Assembly: GCA_011525035.1 (NCBI GenBank)
Contig: WTIZ01000041.1
Location: 111,998 to 175,997, forward strand
DNA length: 64,000 nt
Source: Cryomorphaceae bacterium
GTDB lineage: Bacteria; Bacteroidota; Bacteroidia; Flavobacteriales; Schleiferiaceae
Direction: 5' to 3'
Shown: positions 1 to 9,596 of the stretch, piece after piece
Layout of the letters: each line of letters begins with the position of its first letter
Numbering within the stretch: the stretch's first letter is position 1
Made by a program: the position numbers and the translations under genes
The notes under the pieces: model-generated
Databases searched by the model: none
What the model was told of the DNA's origin: nothing
What the model saw: the letters and a program-made list of their open reading frames with translations, nothing else

Positions 1-1182
1 AATGCAGTAATTATTGCAGAGGCTCCAGGTAAGATTGCTTACAAGGATATTATCCAAGGAACTACATACAAAGTAGAGATTGACGAGCAAACTGGTTTCC
101 AAGACAAGGTAATTTCTGAAAACCGTAACCGTAAGTTGATTCCAACCATCCAGGTAATGGACGGTGATGGAAACGAAGTGAAGCACTACACATTGCCTGT
201 AGGTGCACACTTGATGGTTGAAGAAGGTGAGGAAATCCCAGCAGGTAAGATTCTTGTTAAGATCGCTCGTAAGAGTGCGAAGGCAGGTGATATTACCGGT
301 GGTCTTCCACGTGTAACGGAATTATTCGAAGCTCGTAACCCATCGAATCCAGCAGTTGTTGCTGCCATCGACGGTATCGTGAGCTACGGTAAGATCAAGC
401 GTGGTAACCGTGAGATCATCATCGAAAGCCGTACTGGTGAGGTGAAGAAGTACTTGATCAACTTGAGCAAGCAGATCCTCGTTCAGGAGAACGACTTCGT
501 GAAAGCGGGTACGCCACTTTCTGATGGTGCAATTACACCAAACGATATCCTAGCGATTAAAGGTCCTACTGCAGTACAGTCGTACTTGGTAAACGAAATC
601 CAGGAAGTATACCGTCTTCAGGGTGTAAAAATCAACGATAAGCACTTCGAGGTTATCGTTCGTCAGATGATGCGTAAGGTGAAAATTCAAGATACAGGGG
701 ATACCTTGTTCTTGGAAGGAAACCTAGTACACGCAGTAGATTTCATCGAGGAGAACGACAACATCTTCGGAATGAAGGTTGTTGAAGACGCTGGAGAAAG
801 CGAGAACTTGAAAGTGGGTCAAATCATCAGCTCTCGTGACTTGCGTGATGAGAACAGCATCTTGACTCGTGAAGACAAGGCACTTGTAACAGCACGTGAT
901 GCACGTCCTGCTACGGCTGCGCCAGTACTTCAAGGTATTACTAGAGCGTCTCTACAGACGAAATCGTTCATCTCTGCGGCATCGTTCCAGGAGACTACGA
1001 AAGTATTGAACGAAGCGGCTGTAAACGCGAAGGAGGATACTCTAGAAGGTTTGAAAGAGAACGTTATCGTAGGTCACTTGATCCCTGCAGGTACTGGTCT
1101 AAAGAAATACCGCTCAACGTTGGTAGGTTCGAAAGAAGAGTACGAGCAGATGCAAGAAACGCTAAGCGTAGACGTAGAATAA
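1..1182 (+). CDS. rpoC: DNA-directed RNA polymerase subunit beta-prime, C-terminal part (5' end lies upstream of the window)
   Basis: Frame 1 is open from base 1, with no stop before the first ATG at 136. The translation carries conserved beta-prime segments [13 protein letters not shown] and [27 protein letters not shown]. Stop at 1180-1182. Confidence 0.95.
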   Translation, partial: NAVIIAEAPGKIAYKDIIQGTTYKVEIDEQTGFQDKVISENRNRKLIPTIQVMDGDGNEVKHYTLPVGAHLMVEEGEEIPAGKILVKIARKSAKAGDITGGLPRVTELFEARNPSNPAVVAAIDGIVSYGKIKRGNREIIIESRTGEVKKYLINLSKQILVQENDFVKAGTPLSDGAITPNDILAIKGPTAVQSYLVNEIQEVYRLQGVKINDKHFEVIVRQMMRKVKIQDTGDTLFLEGNLVHAVDFIEENDNIFGMKVVEDAGESENLKVGQIISSRDLRDENSILTREDKALVTARDARPATAAPVLQGITRASLQTKSFISAASFQETTKVLNEAAVNAKEDTLEGLKENVIVGHLIPAGTGLKKYRSTLVGSKEEYEQMQETLSVDVE

Positions 1183-1198
1183 TTTTAAGCAGGTAACC

Positions 1199-1507
1199 AT
1201 GGCCGATCAGAAAGAAGGACAAATCAACATCGAGTTGAGCGAAGAAATGGCGCAAGGGGTATACAGCAACTTGGTCGCTATTAATCACAGCCCAACAGAG
1301 TTTGTTTTGGATTTCATTCAGATGATGCCAGGTGTGCCGAAGGCGAAGGTACAGTCGAGAGTTATTCTGACTCCAGAGCACGCCAAGCGTTTGCTAGGTG
1401 CTTTGAACGACAATGTAAGTCGCTATGAACAGAACTTCGGGAATGTTCAGACGCACGAACCGCCGCAGGTACCATTGAACTTTGGTGGTCCTACAGGTGA
1501 AGCTTAA
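1199..1507 (+). CDS. DUF3467 domain protein
   Basis: 102-aa ORF 16 nt after the rpoC stop. The sequence (INIELSEEMAQGVYSNLVAINHSPTEFVLDF...ILTPEHAKRL) fits my recollection of the DUF3467 family that commonly follows rpoC in Bacteroidota. Confidence 0.8.
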   Translation: MADQKEGQINIELSEEMAQGVYSNLVAINHSPTEFVLDFIQMMPGVPKAKVQSRVILTPEHAKRLLGALNDNVSRYEQNFGNVQTHEPPQVPLNFGGPTGEA

Positions 1508-1530
1508 ATGAAATTTTAAGATTTTATATG

Positions 1531-1560
1531 AACCCTCGGCATCCGCCGAGGGTTTTTTAT
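1531..1560 (+). terminator. Rho-independent terminator after the rpoC/DUF3467 unit
   Basis: Stem CCCTCGGC (1533-1540) pairs with GCCGAGGG (1545-1552), loop ATCC, followed by TTTTTT (1553-1558). Confidence 0.75.
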
Positions 1561-1581
1561 TTTAGTAGATATCAATTGATT

Positions 1582-3033
1582 ATGAAAAACCTCTACCTCA
1601 GTTTATCCCTTTTGCTAGGAATGACCTTGCATGCACAGATTTATCAGGGATCCACGTCTTTAGGATCCACGATGACTTTGGACGTTACCCTGAATACCAA
1701 TACAGATTCGGTTGATGTAGAAATCAGCGGTCCAGCTTCGGGATACTTCGCGGTGGGGTTCGGCGGTACAGGCATGAACGGTACTTACATCATGCTCGTG
1801 AATTCTAACGGTACAGTGAAAGAGCGAAAACTGGGACAGTGGAACGGCGGTTCAACTTTGAGTTCATCTATTTCCTACAGTGCTATAACTTCAAGTGGAA
1901 CGCGAACGGCTTATATTGAAAGAGCACGTATAGGTGCTTCAACCAATCATTATACTTTCCCGGCCAACGGAGGCTCTATTGCGCTCATTTGGGCGAAAGG
2001 AGGTACATCCTTTGGCAATCATGGGAGTTCGAATCGAGGATTCGGCTCAATCAACTTGATCAATCAGTGCAATATTGCCACAACGACATTAACTACCCAG
2101 AGTATTTGTCCGGGAGATTCCGTACAAATCTTTGGACAGTGGGTCAGTCAGCCAGGTACGTATTCTGATACCCTAGTAACTGCCATAGGGTGTGATTCTG
2201 TTCTGGAACAAAGTGTACAGTATACCCCTGCAATAGTAAATACATTGCCATCCTTGAGCATATGCCAGGGAGATAGTGTTCAAATCTTTGGAACCTGGAT
2301 TTCGACGGCAACAACGTTGTATGACTCTTTGTCGACTCCAGCCGGCTGTGATTCAGTCGTGGCACAAGAAGTTCTAGTAAATGCCACAGTAAGTACTACC
2401 ATAGCTGCCGCAGGACTTTGTGTTGGGGATAGTGTATTCTATTTAGACGCATGGCGCACGGATACAGGCTCAGTGGTATACAATGGAGTGACAGCATTGG
2501 GCTGTGATTCTATGGTCACTGGTAGGGTAGAGTACTTGCCAACAGTGGATACAAGTTCTATATGGCTCGCACCAATAGTCGATGCTAGCATGTATGTTGG
2601 TACCGATCTAGGCGCCACCTATTACTGGTTCAACTGTAACACGGGCGCTTTTGTAGATACCACGATGGGTGCAGATACCCTAAACCCGGGCAATGAGTTT
2701 TTACAAGCGCCTGATACAGGGTATTATGCTGCGATTATCGTGAAACCAGGGTTCTGTTCGGATACCTCGGCGTGTAAGTACTACTACGTGGATGTTCCGG
2801 AATATGAGACGGGTGTTTCACTTCGTCCAATTCCAGCAAGCACCGCCCTTCAAATTTCATTGGATCAGCTAAATGGTAGCCTGAGCTACGAGGTCCTCGA
2901 TATCTCTGGGAAGCTCATTGCTCGTGGAACCTTCCAAAGTGTTCAATCCACTATAGATGTTTCCGGTTATGCCTCAGGCATGTACTTATTGCGACTTCAG
3001 GATGGAAGGACCCTTAAGTTTATCAAAGAGTAG
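1582..3033 (+). CDS. Secreted T9SS cargo protein: DOMON-like N-terminal domain, three ~60-aa Cys-containing repeats, C-terminal sorting domain
   Basis: The ORF-track start at 1528 lies inside the upstream terminator. The ATG at 1582 gives the signal peptide MKNLYLSLSLLLGMTLHAQ. Repeats have the form C-x-GDSVQIFG-x-W...GCDSV. The C-terminus (YEVLDISGKLIARGTF...ASGMYLLRLQDGRTLKFIKE) looks like a Por/T9SS type-A CTD. Confidence 0.75.
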   Translation: MKNLYLSLSLLLGMTLHAQIYQGSTSLGSTMTLDVTLNTNTDSVDVEISGPASGYFAVGFGGTGMNGTYIMLVNSNGTVKERKLGQWNGGSTLSSSISYSAITSSGTRTAYIERARIGASTNHYTFPANGGSIALIWAKGGTSFGNHGSSNRGFGSINLINQCNIATTTLTTQSICPGDSVQIFGQWVSQPGTYSDTLVTAIGCDSVLEQSVQYTPAIVNTLPSLSICQGDSVQIFGTWISTATTLYDSLSTPAGCDSVVAQEVLVNATVSTTIAAAGLCVGDSVFYLDAWRTDTGSVVYNGVTALGCDSMVTGRVEYLPTVDTSSIWLAPIVDASMYVGTDLGATYYWFNCNTGAFVDTTMGADTLNPGNEFLQAPDTGYYAAIIVKPGFCSDTSACKYYYVDVPEYETGVSLRPIPASTALQISLDQLNGSLSYEVLDISGKLIARGTFQSVQSTIDVSGYASGMYLLRLQDGRTLKFIKE

Positions 3034-3046
3034 GAACATATAAACC

Positions 3047-3077
3047 AAAAAAAAGGCGCCCACTGGGCGCCTTTTTT
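3047..3077. terminator. Bidirectional intrinsic terminator between convergent genes
   Basis: A-run 3047-3054, stem GGCGCCC (3055-3061) / GGGCGCC (3065-3071), loop ACT, T-run 3072-3077. Confidence 0.8.
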
Positions 3078-3094
3078 AATCCTGTATATCTCGT

Positions 3095-4396
3095 TTACCC
3101 TTGCGCCTTTGATGTACGTATACGCAACGTCAGAAGTGCACTAATGATGAGCAGAACACCGGCAAAGGTGATGGCTTGGCGCGGGTCATTACCCAGGTAA
3201 TTCTTTAGGATGTACCCGAAGCTTAAGTTCTGGAAGATCATCGGGATGACAATCATCATATTGATTACACCCATATACACGCCATAGCGCTCTTTTGGAA
3301 TGTCATTGACCACCATTAGATAAGGAATACCCATCATAGAGGCCCAGCCAATACCGAAACCTGTGATAGCCACAAACAACATGGTTTTATTGGCAATATG
3401 TGGGAATGCTAAAAATCCTGCAGCTGCGAGAAGGAGACAGGCGAAGTGGACCATCTTGGCGCCGTGTTTTTTAGCGAATCGGACCAATAAGAAGGCCGTT
3501 AGGAAGGTGACAATATTGTACCAGCCGTTGACCAATCCTGTCCAACTTACGGCCTCTCCATAGGCCTCGGGATTATCTGCAGGTGTAGCTCCCCAAACGC
3601 TTAATGCAACACTCTTCGAGCTGTTTTGCCAATAGCAGAACAGGGCATACCACTGGAATAGGTATACTGCCGCCAGTTGCCACATGACTTTTGGCATACT
3701 TCCAATGGCGCTGATGATGTCCTTGAATGGAGAAAGTAAGTTCAGTGGCTCGGCTTTAATCTTGGCGATTTCCTCGTCTGTTGGAGGGACTTCTTCGGTT
3801 TTGCGCATGCTCCACCATATGGTACCAATAGACATAACGGCACCCAGGAAGAAGGAGGCAAATACCCACGTCGGAAGTTTACCGGTCATTCCTACAAAGA
3901 TCATCGGGAAGATGAATAGGCTGAGGTTAGCCAGGGTTTGGCCAAGCCCTGTGAAGAAGCTTTGCATTTGAAAACCCAGAGGTTGTTGCTCTTCATCGAG
4001 CGTATCTGCGATGAAGGCTCTGTAAGGCTCCATAGCGGTATTGTTACCTGCATCTAATATCCAAAGAAGCCCAGCTGCCATCCATAGGGACGAACTAAAT
4101 GGATAGATAAAAAGTGCGAGGGAGCAGAGTAGGGCACCTACGAGGAAGTACGGCTTTCTACGTCCCCACTTTGGCGACCAAGTCTTGTCGCTCATCGCAC
4201 CAATTATTGGTTGTACGATAAGTCCGGTCATTGGACCGGCTAGATTCAACAATGGAATTTCATGGGGACTGGCACCGAGAAAATCATAAATCGGGTTGAC
4301 TGCGCTTTGTTGCAGACCGAAGCTGTATTGAATGCCGAAGAACCCGACGTTCATGTTCAAGATCTGCGTAAAGCTTAATTTGACTTTACGGGTCAT
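3095..4396 (-). CDS. MFS transporter, SLC45/GPH-like sugar:cation symporter
   Basis: 433 aa with roughly 12 hydrophobic segments. The N-terminal pattern NMNVGFFGIQYSFGLQ...IGAMSDKTWSPKWGRRKPY is typical of the sucrose/maltose-type MFS (SLC45-like) family. Confidence 0.8.
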   Translation of the reverse strand: MTRKVKLSFTQILNMNVGFFGIQYSFGLQQSAVNPIYDFLGASPHEIPLLNLAGPMTGLIVQPIIGAMSDKTWSPKWGRRKPYFLVGALLCSLALFIYPFSSSLWMAAGLLWILDAGNNTAMEPYRAFIADTLDEEQQPLGFQMQSFFTGLGQTLANLSLFIFPMIFVGMTGKLPTWVFASFFLGAVMSIGTIWWSMRKTEEVPPTDEEIAKIKAEPLNLLSPFKDIISAIGSMPKVMWQLAAVYLFQWYALFCYWQNSSKSVALSVWGATPADNPEAYGEAVSWTGLVNGWYNIVTFLTAFLLVRFAKKHGAKMVHFACLLLAAAGFLAFPHIANKTMLFVAITGFGIGWASMMGIPYLMVVNDIPKERYGVYMGVINMMIVIPMIFQNLSFGYILKNYLGNDPRQAITFAGVLLIISALLTLRIRTSKAQG

Positions 4397-4476
4397 GTTT
4401 TAGAGTGTTAGCGTGTTACCGAGCGGTAATTTAAGGGAAAAAGGCGAGTGCCCAATTGGCCCTCGAAAGATTTGAT

Positions 4477-5670
4477 TTAGGCAGTCAATTCCTCGATGAC
4501 ACGAAGAATTAGCTTCAATCCTTTATCAAGCTCTTCATTAGTGATGGTCAGTGGTGGCGTGATGCGTATGGCGTTTTCTGCGAACAAGAAACTATTGGTA
4601 ATCAACCCTTCATCTTCGAGGCGAGCAATAACTTCAAAACCGTCTATTTCTGGCTTGAGCCACAAACAGTACATGAGTCCCTTACCACTGATCTTCTCAA
4701 TACTAGGATGAACGAGTACATCTCGAATGTGCTGCTCCTTGGCTGGGATTTCAGCCATGAGCTCTGGGGAAGATTCTAGCGCTTCAAAAACGCCCAAAGA
4801 AGCTGCACAGCTCACAGGATTACCGCCAAAGGTGGTAATGTGTCCGAGGATTGGATCTGCTTGGATGACCTTCATAATGTGTTCAGGAGCTACAAAGGCG
4901 CCCAGAGGTAAACCGCCGCCGTAGGCTTTCGCCAAACACATGATATCTGGACAAAAGCCATAGTCCAAGTGTGCAAACCATGGTCCTGTTCTTCCCATGC
5001 CGGTTTGAATCTCATCTAGAATCATCAAGGCGCCGACTTCTCTACAACGTGCGCGTACAGCTTTAATCCATGCGGGATCCGCTGGTATATATCCGCTACC
5101 TGCCTGAATACATTCAATCACAACGCCTGCAGTCTTTGAAGTGATCTGCTCGAGTACGGCGAAATCATTAAAATTTGCCTGCATGGTATCTGGCAGTAAC
5201 GGGTAATAACCGCCTTTATATTTATCAGATCCTTGGATGCTCAACGAGCCGTGCGTAGAACCGTGGTAGCTGTTTTTAAAACTGATGAACTGGCTTCGAC
5301 CGGTATATTTCTTCGCAATCTTCATGGAAGCTTCAATGGCTTCAGTACCGCTATTCACGAAGTAAACACGGTCCATACATGGATGAAGCTTCTCTAAAGT
5401 TTTTTGGGCCAATTTTGCCTGCGGCCCAATGGCAAATTCACCATAGACCATCACGTGCATGTGTTTTTTCACCTGCTCGAGAACAGACGCGATCACTGAG
5501 GGATGACCGTGTCCCAGATTGGCTACTGAGATGCCCGAGATAAAATCGAGGTACGCTTTGCCTTCAGGATCGTACAAGTAATTGCCTTCCGCGCGATCAA
5601 TCACCAGTGCGCTGGGAGAGCCAACCACTTGAGCAACATGATCTAAAAACAAAGATTTGATATCGGCCAT
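4477..5670 (-). CDS. Class-III PLP-dependent aminotransferase (acetylornithine/ornithine aminotransferase-like)
   Basis: 397 aa. Motifs SGTEAIEASMKIAKKYTG, LILDEIQTGMGRTG and the PLP-lysine context CLAKAYGGGLPLGAF. Confidence 0.85.
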   Translation of the reverse strand: MADIKSLFLDHVAQVVGSPSALVIDRAEGNYLYDPEGKAYLDFISGISVANLGHGHPSVIASVLEQVKKHMHVMVYGEFAIGPQAKLAQKTLEKLHPCMDRVYFVNSGTEAIEASMKIAKKYTGRSQFISFKNSYHGSTHGSLSIQGSDKYKGGYYPLLPDTMQANFNDFAVLEQITSKTAGVVIECIQAGSGYIPADPAWIKAVRARCREVGALMILDEIQTGMGRTGPWFAHLDYGFCPDIMCLAKAYGGGLPLGAFVAPEHIMKVIQADPILGHITTFGGNPVSCAASLGVFEALESSPELMAEIPAKEQHIRDVLVHPSIEKISGKGLMYCLWLKPEIDGFEVIARLEDEGLITNSFLFAENAIRITPPLTITNEELDKGLKLILRVIEELTA

Positions 5671-5721
5671 AGACCGTCAAAAATAAAGGATTTACATCAA
5701 GCAAGGATGTACTTGCCTCCA

Positions 5722-5749
5722 ATAAAAAACCACCCCGTGGGGTGGTTTT
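5722..5749 (-). terminator. Intrinsic terminator ending the ECF sigma operon
   Basis: Stem CCACCC (5730-5735) pairs with GGGTGG (5740-5745). On the minus strand it is followed by TTTTTT, the complement of the A-run 5724-5729. Confidence 0.7.
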
Positions 5750-5758
5750 ATGAGTCGC

Positions 5759-6259
5759 TTAGCGCATTGGGCGTCCGCCGTCTGGTCCGGGACGTCTTCC
5801 CTTATCACGTGGGCGGTCTTTGCCTTTCATGCGTTCCATCATTCTTCGGCCAAATTCTTTTTCAGCGCGCATGAGTTTCGCAGTCTTTTTAGCGCCGATC
5901 ACATCGATGAAATCATCGAGGTACGATTTGCGCAGTTCTTCTATTGCGATTTGTGTGTCAGCAAAAGAGTACAGCATTTTTTCTACCTCTTTTTCCGACG
6001 GCTCGTCGCCAATTAATTTCTTGAAGCTCGTGCGTTGCAATTCGCGGAGTTCGTGTTCCTTGTTCTGACGCTCGTTGTAAACTGGCCAGAAGGCTTGGCT
6101 TTCCGCTACGGTCAATTCTAATTCCTCAGTGAGGTAGGCCACCTTAATGGCCTCTATCTTTTCTTTCTTTTTTTCAAGCTCGGCACGATCGCCCATCTTC
6201 GGCTGTGCCACAACCGCTGCTGCTGAGAGCAAGAGGCCAAAAATCAATGTCTTTTTCAT
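5759..6259 (-). CDS. Exported charged alpha-helical protein (Spy/CpxP-like, 'sensor of ECF-type sigma factor' type)
   Basis: Signal peptide MKKTLIFGLLLSAAAVVAQ followed by a Lys/Glu-rich helical sequence and an Arg/Gly/Pro tail. Its ATG overlaps the stop of the upstream anti-sigma candidate (ATGA at 6256-6259). Confidence 0.6.
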   Translation of the reverse strand: MKKTLIFGLLLSAAAVVAQPKMGDRAELEKKKEKIEAIKVAYLTEELELTVAESQAFWPVYNERQNKEHELRELQRTSFKKLIGDEPSEKEVEKMLYSFADTQIAIEELRKSYLDDFIDVIGAKKTAKLMRAEKEFGRRMMERMKGKDRPRDKGRRPGPDGGRPMR

Positions 6260-6642
6260 AATTCTAAGTATTCGTAATCTGTATGGTAATAGTCGTAATA
6301 CACATCTGTATCTAGCTCTACTTCAGCGAAGTCGAGCGAATCGGGCTCCACAAAGGAGTACATATCCTCAGCCTGAACATAACCTAGGCTGTACATTTCA
6401 GCCAAAATCTCATCGGTCACTTCACTGTCATTTGTTGAAGCATTCGGCCAAAAGAGTACGGCTAAGGCAATAGTGGCTGCGGCGGTCATGGACCAGCGAA
6501 CGAACGTCAAGTAGCGCGACTTCATTGCAACAACAGGGCTCGAGGTCCGGTCCACGAGATGCTGCTCCGGAATGCGGTGAAGCTTGGCTTTGAGCTCTTT
6601 TAAATGAGCATCACTTGCTGTATATGTTTCTTTTTTGTCCAT
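6256..6642 (-). CDS. Putative single-pass anti-sigma factor
   Basis: 128 aa, 21 nt downstream of the ECF sigma gene. One hydrophobic span (WSMTAAATIALAVLFWP) and an acidic Tyr/Asp-rich C-terminus. The call rests on position only; there is no zinc-finger anti-sigma motif. Confidence 0.5.
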   Translation of the reverse strand: MDKKETYTASDAHLKELKAKLHRIPEQHLVDRTSSPVVAMKSRYLTFVRWSMTAAATIALAVLFWPNASTNDSEVTDEILAEMYSLGYVQAEDMYSFVEPDSLDFAEVELDTDVYYDYYHTDYEYLEL

Positions 6643-6663
6643 TTATAGTTAGAGTGGTACCAA

Positions 6664-7206
6664 TTATGGAAGGTTTAAAAGGCCGATTAATTTTTCTTCC
6701 ATCTTGTTTTTTGCATGGTGGTAATTCGCTTTAAGTGCACCTATGGAGGTGCCTGTGAGTTCGGCAATGTCTTTAAAGCTCAAATCTTGGTAATACCGCA
6801 ATTCAAATACCAACTGTTGTTTTTCCGGGAGGCTCACAAGAACTTCTTGCACCTTGGCATTGATCTGTTCGCTGTCCCATTTTAGCTCGGCGTTGCTCTG
6901 AGCGGCATAGGCACTGTCTAAATCGGCGCTGATATGTCGCTTTTCCTTTTTCAGCTCATTCAATGCAGCATTGCGGACAATGGTATAGCACCAAGTAAAT
7001 GGATGGCTGTTGCCTTTAAACTTATGGAGGTTTTTCCAAATGTTGATCATCCCTTCTTGCAGGGCGTCCTGTGCTAAAGATTCACTCTTGAGAATACCCA
7101 CGGCACAATAGAGGAGACGTTCGCTGTATTGCTCAACGATCTCAAAAAAAGAAGCCTCCCACTGCTCTTGCAATAGGAGGCTCTTGATATTCTTTGTTTC
7201 CTCCAT
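6664..7206 (-). CDS. RNA polymerase ECF-type sigma-70 factor
   Basis: 180 aa. Region 2-like HPFTWCYTIVRNAALNELKK and a region 4 helix-turn-helix SFKDIAELTGTSIGALKANYHHAKNKM. Confidence 0.9.
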   Translation of the reverse strand: MEETKNIKSLLLQEQWEASFFEIVEQYSERLLYCAVGILKSESLAQDALQEGMINIWKNLHKFKGNSHPFTWCYTIVRNAALNELKKEKRHISADLDSAYAAQSNAELKWDSEQINAKVQEVLVSLPEKQQLVFELRYYQDLSFKDIAELTGTSIGALKANYHHAKNKMEEKLIGLLNLP

Positions 7207-7250
7207 TGTTCTTTAGATGAATGGAAGATACTAAAGGTTTAAGTGAAGGA

Positions 7251-8204
7251 TTACTTTCTAGCAATCACCTTTTGTGCTGCAGCCACTATGGCATCAGCAT
7301 TCAAACCGTATTTTTCCATGAGTTGTGCCGGAGTACCACTCTCGCCGAAGCTGTCGTTTACGGCTACGAATTCTTGAGGCACAGGATTGTTAGTTACTAG
7401 CGTCTGAGCAACGCTCTCGCCCAAACCACCAAAGCGGTTGTGCTCTTCAGCAGTCACAACACATCCTGTTTTCGAGGCAGATGCGAGAATTGCTTTCTCG
7501 TCCAACGGCTTGATAGTAGCCATATTGATTACTTCTGCGCTTACGCCTGCAGCCTCTAGTGCTTCAGCCGCTTGTAATGCTTCCCATACAAGGTGGCCTG
7601 TGGCAACGATGGTCACATCGGTTCCTTCGGTCAACACATCTGCTTTACCAATCTCAAATTTCGCATCAGCAGGAGTGAAGTTTGCCACTTTAGGACGACC
7701 AAAACGCAAGTATACTGGACCGTCATATTCAGCGATGGCGATGGTTGCAGCTTTGGTTTGGTTGTAATCACAAGGGTTGATCACTACCATGTGCGGCAAC
7801 ATCTTCATTAGGCCAATATCTTCAAGGATTTGGTGTGTAGCACCGTCTTCACCAAGGGTCAAGCCTGCGTGAGAAGCACAGATTTTAACGTTTTTACCAC
7901 TGTAAGCGATGCTCTGACGGATCTGATCGTACACGCGACCCGTAGAGAAGTTCGCAAAGGTTCCAGTGAACGGGATTTTGCCACCGATGGTTAAACCTGC
8001 CGCAATACCCATCATGTTTGCTTCGGCGATACCTACTTGGTAGAATCGGTCAGGATTCTGATCGGCGAAAGCATTCATTTTAAGAGAACCAGTAAGGTCA
8101 GCACAGAGTGCTACAACGTTTTCATTCGTTTTACCCAATTCTTCCAAACCGGCTCCAAAGCCTGAACGGGTATCCTTACTTCCTGAATCTGTGTACTTCT
8201 TCAT
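7251..8204 (-). CDS. Transketolase, C-terminal (pyrimidine-binding) subunit of a split enzyme
   Basis: 317 aa. FYQVGIAEANMMGIAAGL, HAGLTLGEDGATHQ and the C-terminal domain are typical of the tktB-type half. Confidence 0.9.
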   Translation of the reverse strand: MKKYTDSGSKDTRSGFGAGLEELGKTNENVVALCADLTGSLKMNAFADQNPDRFYQVGIAEANMMGIAAGLTIGGKIPFTGTFANFSTGRVYDQIRQSIAYSGKNVKICASHAGLTLGEDGATHQILEDIGLMKMLPHMVVINPCDYNQTKAATIAIAEYDGPVYLRFGRPKVANFTPADAKFEIGKADVLTEGTDVTIVATGHLVWEALQAAEALEAAGVSAEVINMATIKPLDEKAILASASKTGCVVTAEEHNRFGGLGESVAQTLVTNNPVPQEFVAVNDSFGESGTPAQLMEKYGLNADAIVAAAQKVIARK

Positions 8205-8205
8205 T

Positions 8206-9585
8206 TTAGTTGATTTTCACAATGGTTGATGAGCCAGGGCTCACTCTGAATTCTTTGTTTTTACTGTATCCGGTCTCCTGCGCAAATTTGCTTCTGAAGA
8301 CGACTTTGTATTGGCCAGGTTGCAGCTGAAACACTTGGCGTTCGCTACTCTCGCTTAGATCGACTACCCACTCATATCCATCCTCGCGTTGCACGAACAC
8401 AGCTCCAAAGCCGCTCACCCCGGTCTGAATGGTGACCATTCCGGGTGGAGGTACAGCAATGGTAGTGGAGGCACTTGCTTTGATGTGCACACCTTTCTGT
8501 ACGATGCGTGGTAGCGTTAAAATTTCTAAATCATAGGTCCCGCTCAAGTACTTCTGTGCGGTTCCAAATTCTTGCACGTGCAATATGGTCTCCTTGCCTT
8601 GTGGTTTCACAATACAAGAAATATTATTTGACATTCTTGGAGAGGCCTTTAGGACCAATTCTCCTTGGGGTGTGTTCGCACCAATATGCGTGTGTGTACC
8701 GCTGTGAATGACAATGCTATCTACGCGCACTGGAGGTACAGTGTGTACTTCCATATCGTATACGATAAGCGGATCAAGTACTAAAGTATCTGGAACTCCT
8801 TTGTAGTTCAACGTATGTACAAAGCTCTCTTTGACCTTTCCAGAGGTGTGGTCATAGAGAAGAATAGGCACATCTGTTTCCGTTGGTTTTTCGTTGATGT
8901 CTAATAGGTTGATTTGCGCTGTGGTATTGTCGAGTGCTTGTGAAATAACGACCCCGAGCACATTTTTGAACGTGTTTTCATCGGCTGCGTCAAAATAAGT
9001 ACCCACACATTCAAAGCTGTTTTTGAAATCTTCGTCCAAACCAATACCAATGACAAACGGCTTGAGGATAATCCCTTTCTTCTGCAATCGCTTACTGACA
9101 ATACAAGGGTCTCCGTCACAAGCTTCAACACCGTCAGTTATGAGAATAATGATGTTTCTACAATCCTCACAGGCCGGGAAATCGCTTGAGGCCTTAAGCA
9201 ACGAACCGGCGATTGGTGTCGTTCCTCTCGGGGTGATGCTTTTGAGTACACGTTTAATCTTGTAGATGTTTCCTTTTCCAAAAGGAACTTCCAAGCGCGT
9301 GTCCGAACAATCTTGTGGAGGAACAGGTTTTTGGTGTCCGTAGACGCGAAGGGCCAATTGGAAATTACCTTCATCTTGGATTTCTTGAAGACTATCGAGC
9401 ATTTGCCCCATTAAGCGCTGGGCTACATCAATCTTTGCTCCGGTTTCCCATCGCCCGTACATGCTTTGACTTCCATCGAAGACAAAGAGAATTCTTGTCA
9501 GCGGTGGACGCTGCTCTTCTTGCTTTGGCTGTGCGAAGAGCACAGTGCAAGAAAGGAATGCTATGAGGGCGGTGAGTTTTTTCAA
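8206..9585 (-). CDS. Exported von Willebrand factor A (VWA) domain protein with beta-rich C-terminal half
   Basis: Signal peptide MKKLTALIAFLSCTVLFAQ, MIDAS motif DGSQSM, TPIAGSL and ILITDGVE. It is separated by 11 nt from the tkt N-half and by 1 nt from the tkt C-half. Confidence 0.85.
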   Translation of the reverse strand: MKKLTALIAFLSCTVLFAQPKQEEQRPPLTRILFVFDGSQSMYGRWETGAKIDVAQRLMGQMLDSLQEIQDEGNFQLALRVYGHQKPVPPQDCSDTRLEVPFGKGNIYKIKRVLKSITPRGTTPIAGSLLKASSDFPACEDCRNIIILITDGVEACDGDPCIVSKRLQKKGIILKPFVIGIGLDEDFKNSFECVGTYFDAADENTFKNVLGVVISQALDNTTAQINLLDINEKPTETDVPILLYDHTSGKVKESFVHTLNYKGVPDTLVLDPLIVYDMEVHTVPPVRVDSIVIHSGTHTHIGANTPQGELVLKASPRMSNNISCIVKPQGKETILHVQEFGTAQKYLSGTYDLEILTLPRIVQKGVHIKASASTTIAVPPPGMVTIQTGVSGFGAVFVQREDGYEWVVDLSESSERQVFQLQPGQYKVVFRSKFAQETGYSKNKEFRVSPGSSTIVKIN

Positions 9586-9596
9586 GACTTGAGGTC

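Noticed and set aside
1528-1581. N-terminal extensions in the ORF track. They appear at 1528, 10523, 28255, 28762, 41248, 52688, 60396 and 63067, and at the TTG at 32473.
   Set aside because: The extensions run through upstream terminators or neighbouring genes, or precede obvious signal peptides or conserved N-termini. Internal ATGs give canonical starts, so I used shorter coordinates.
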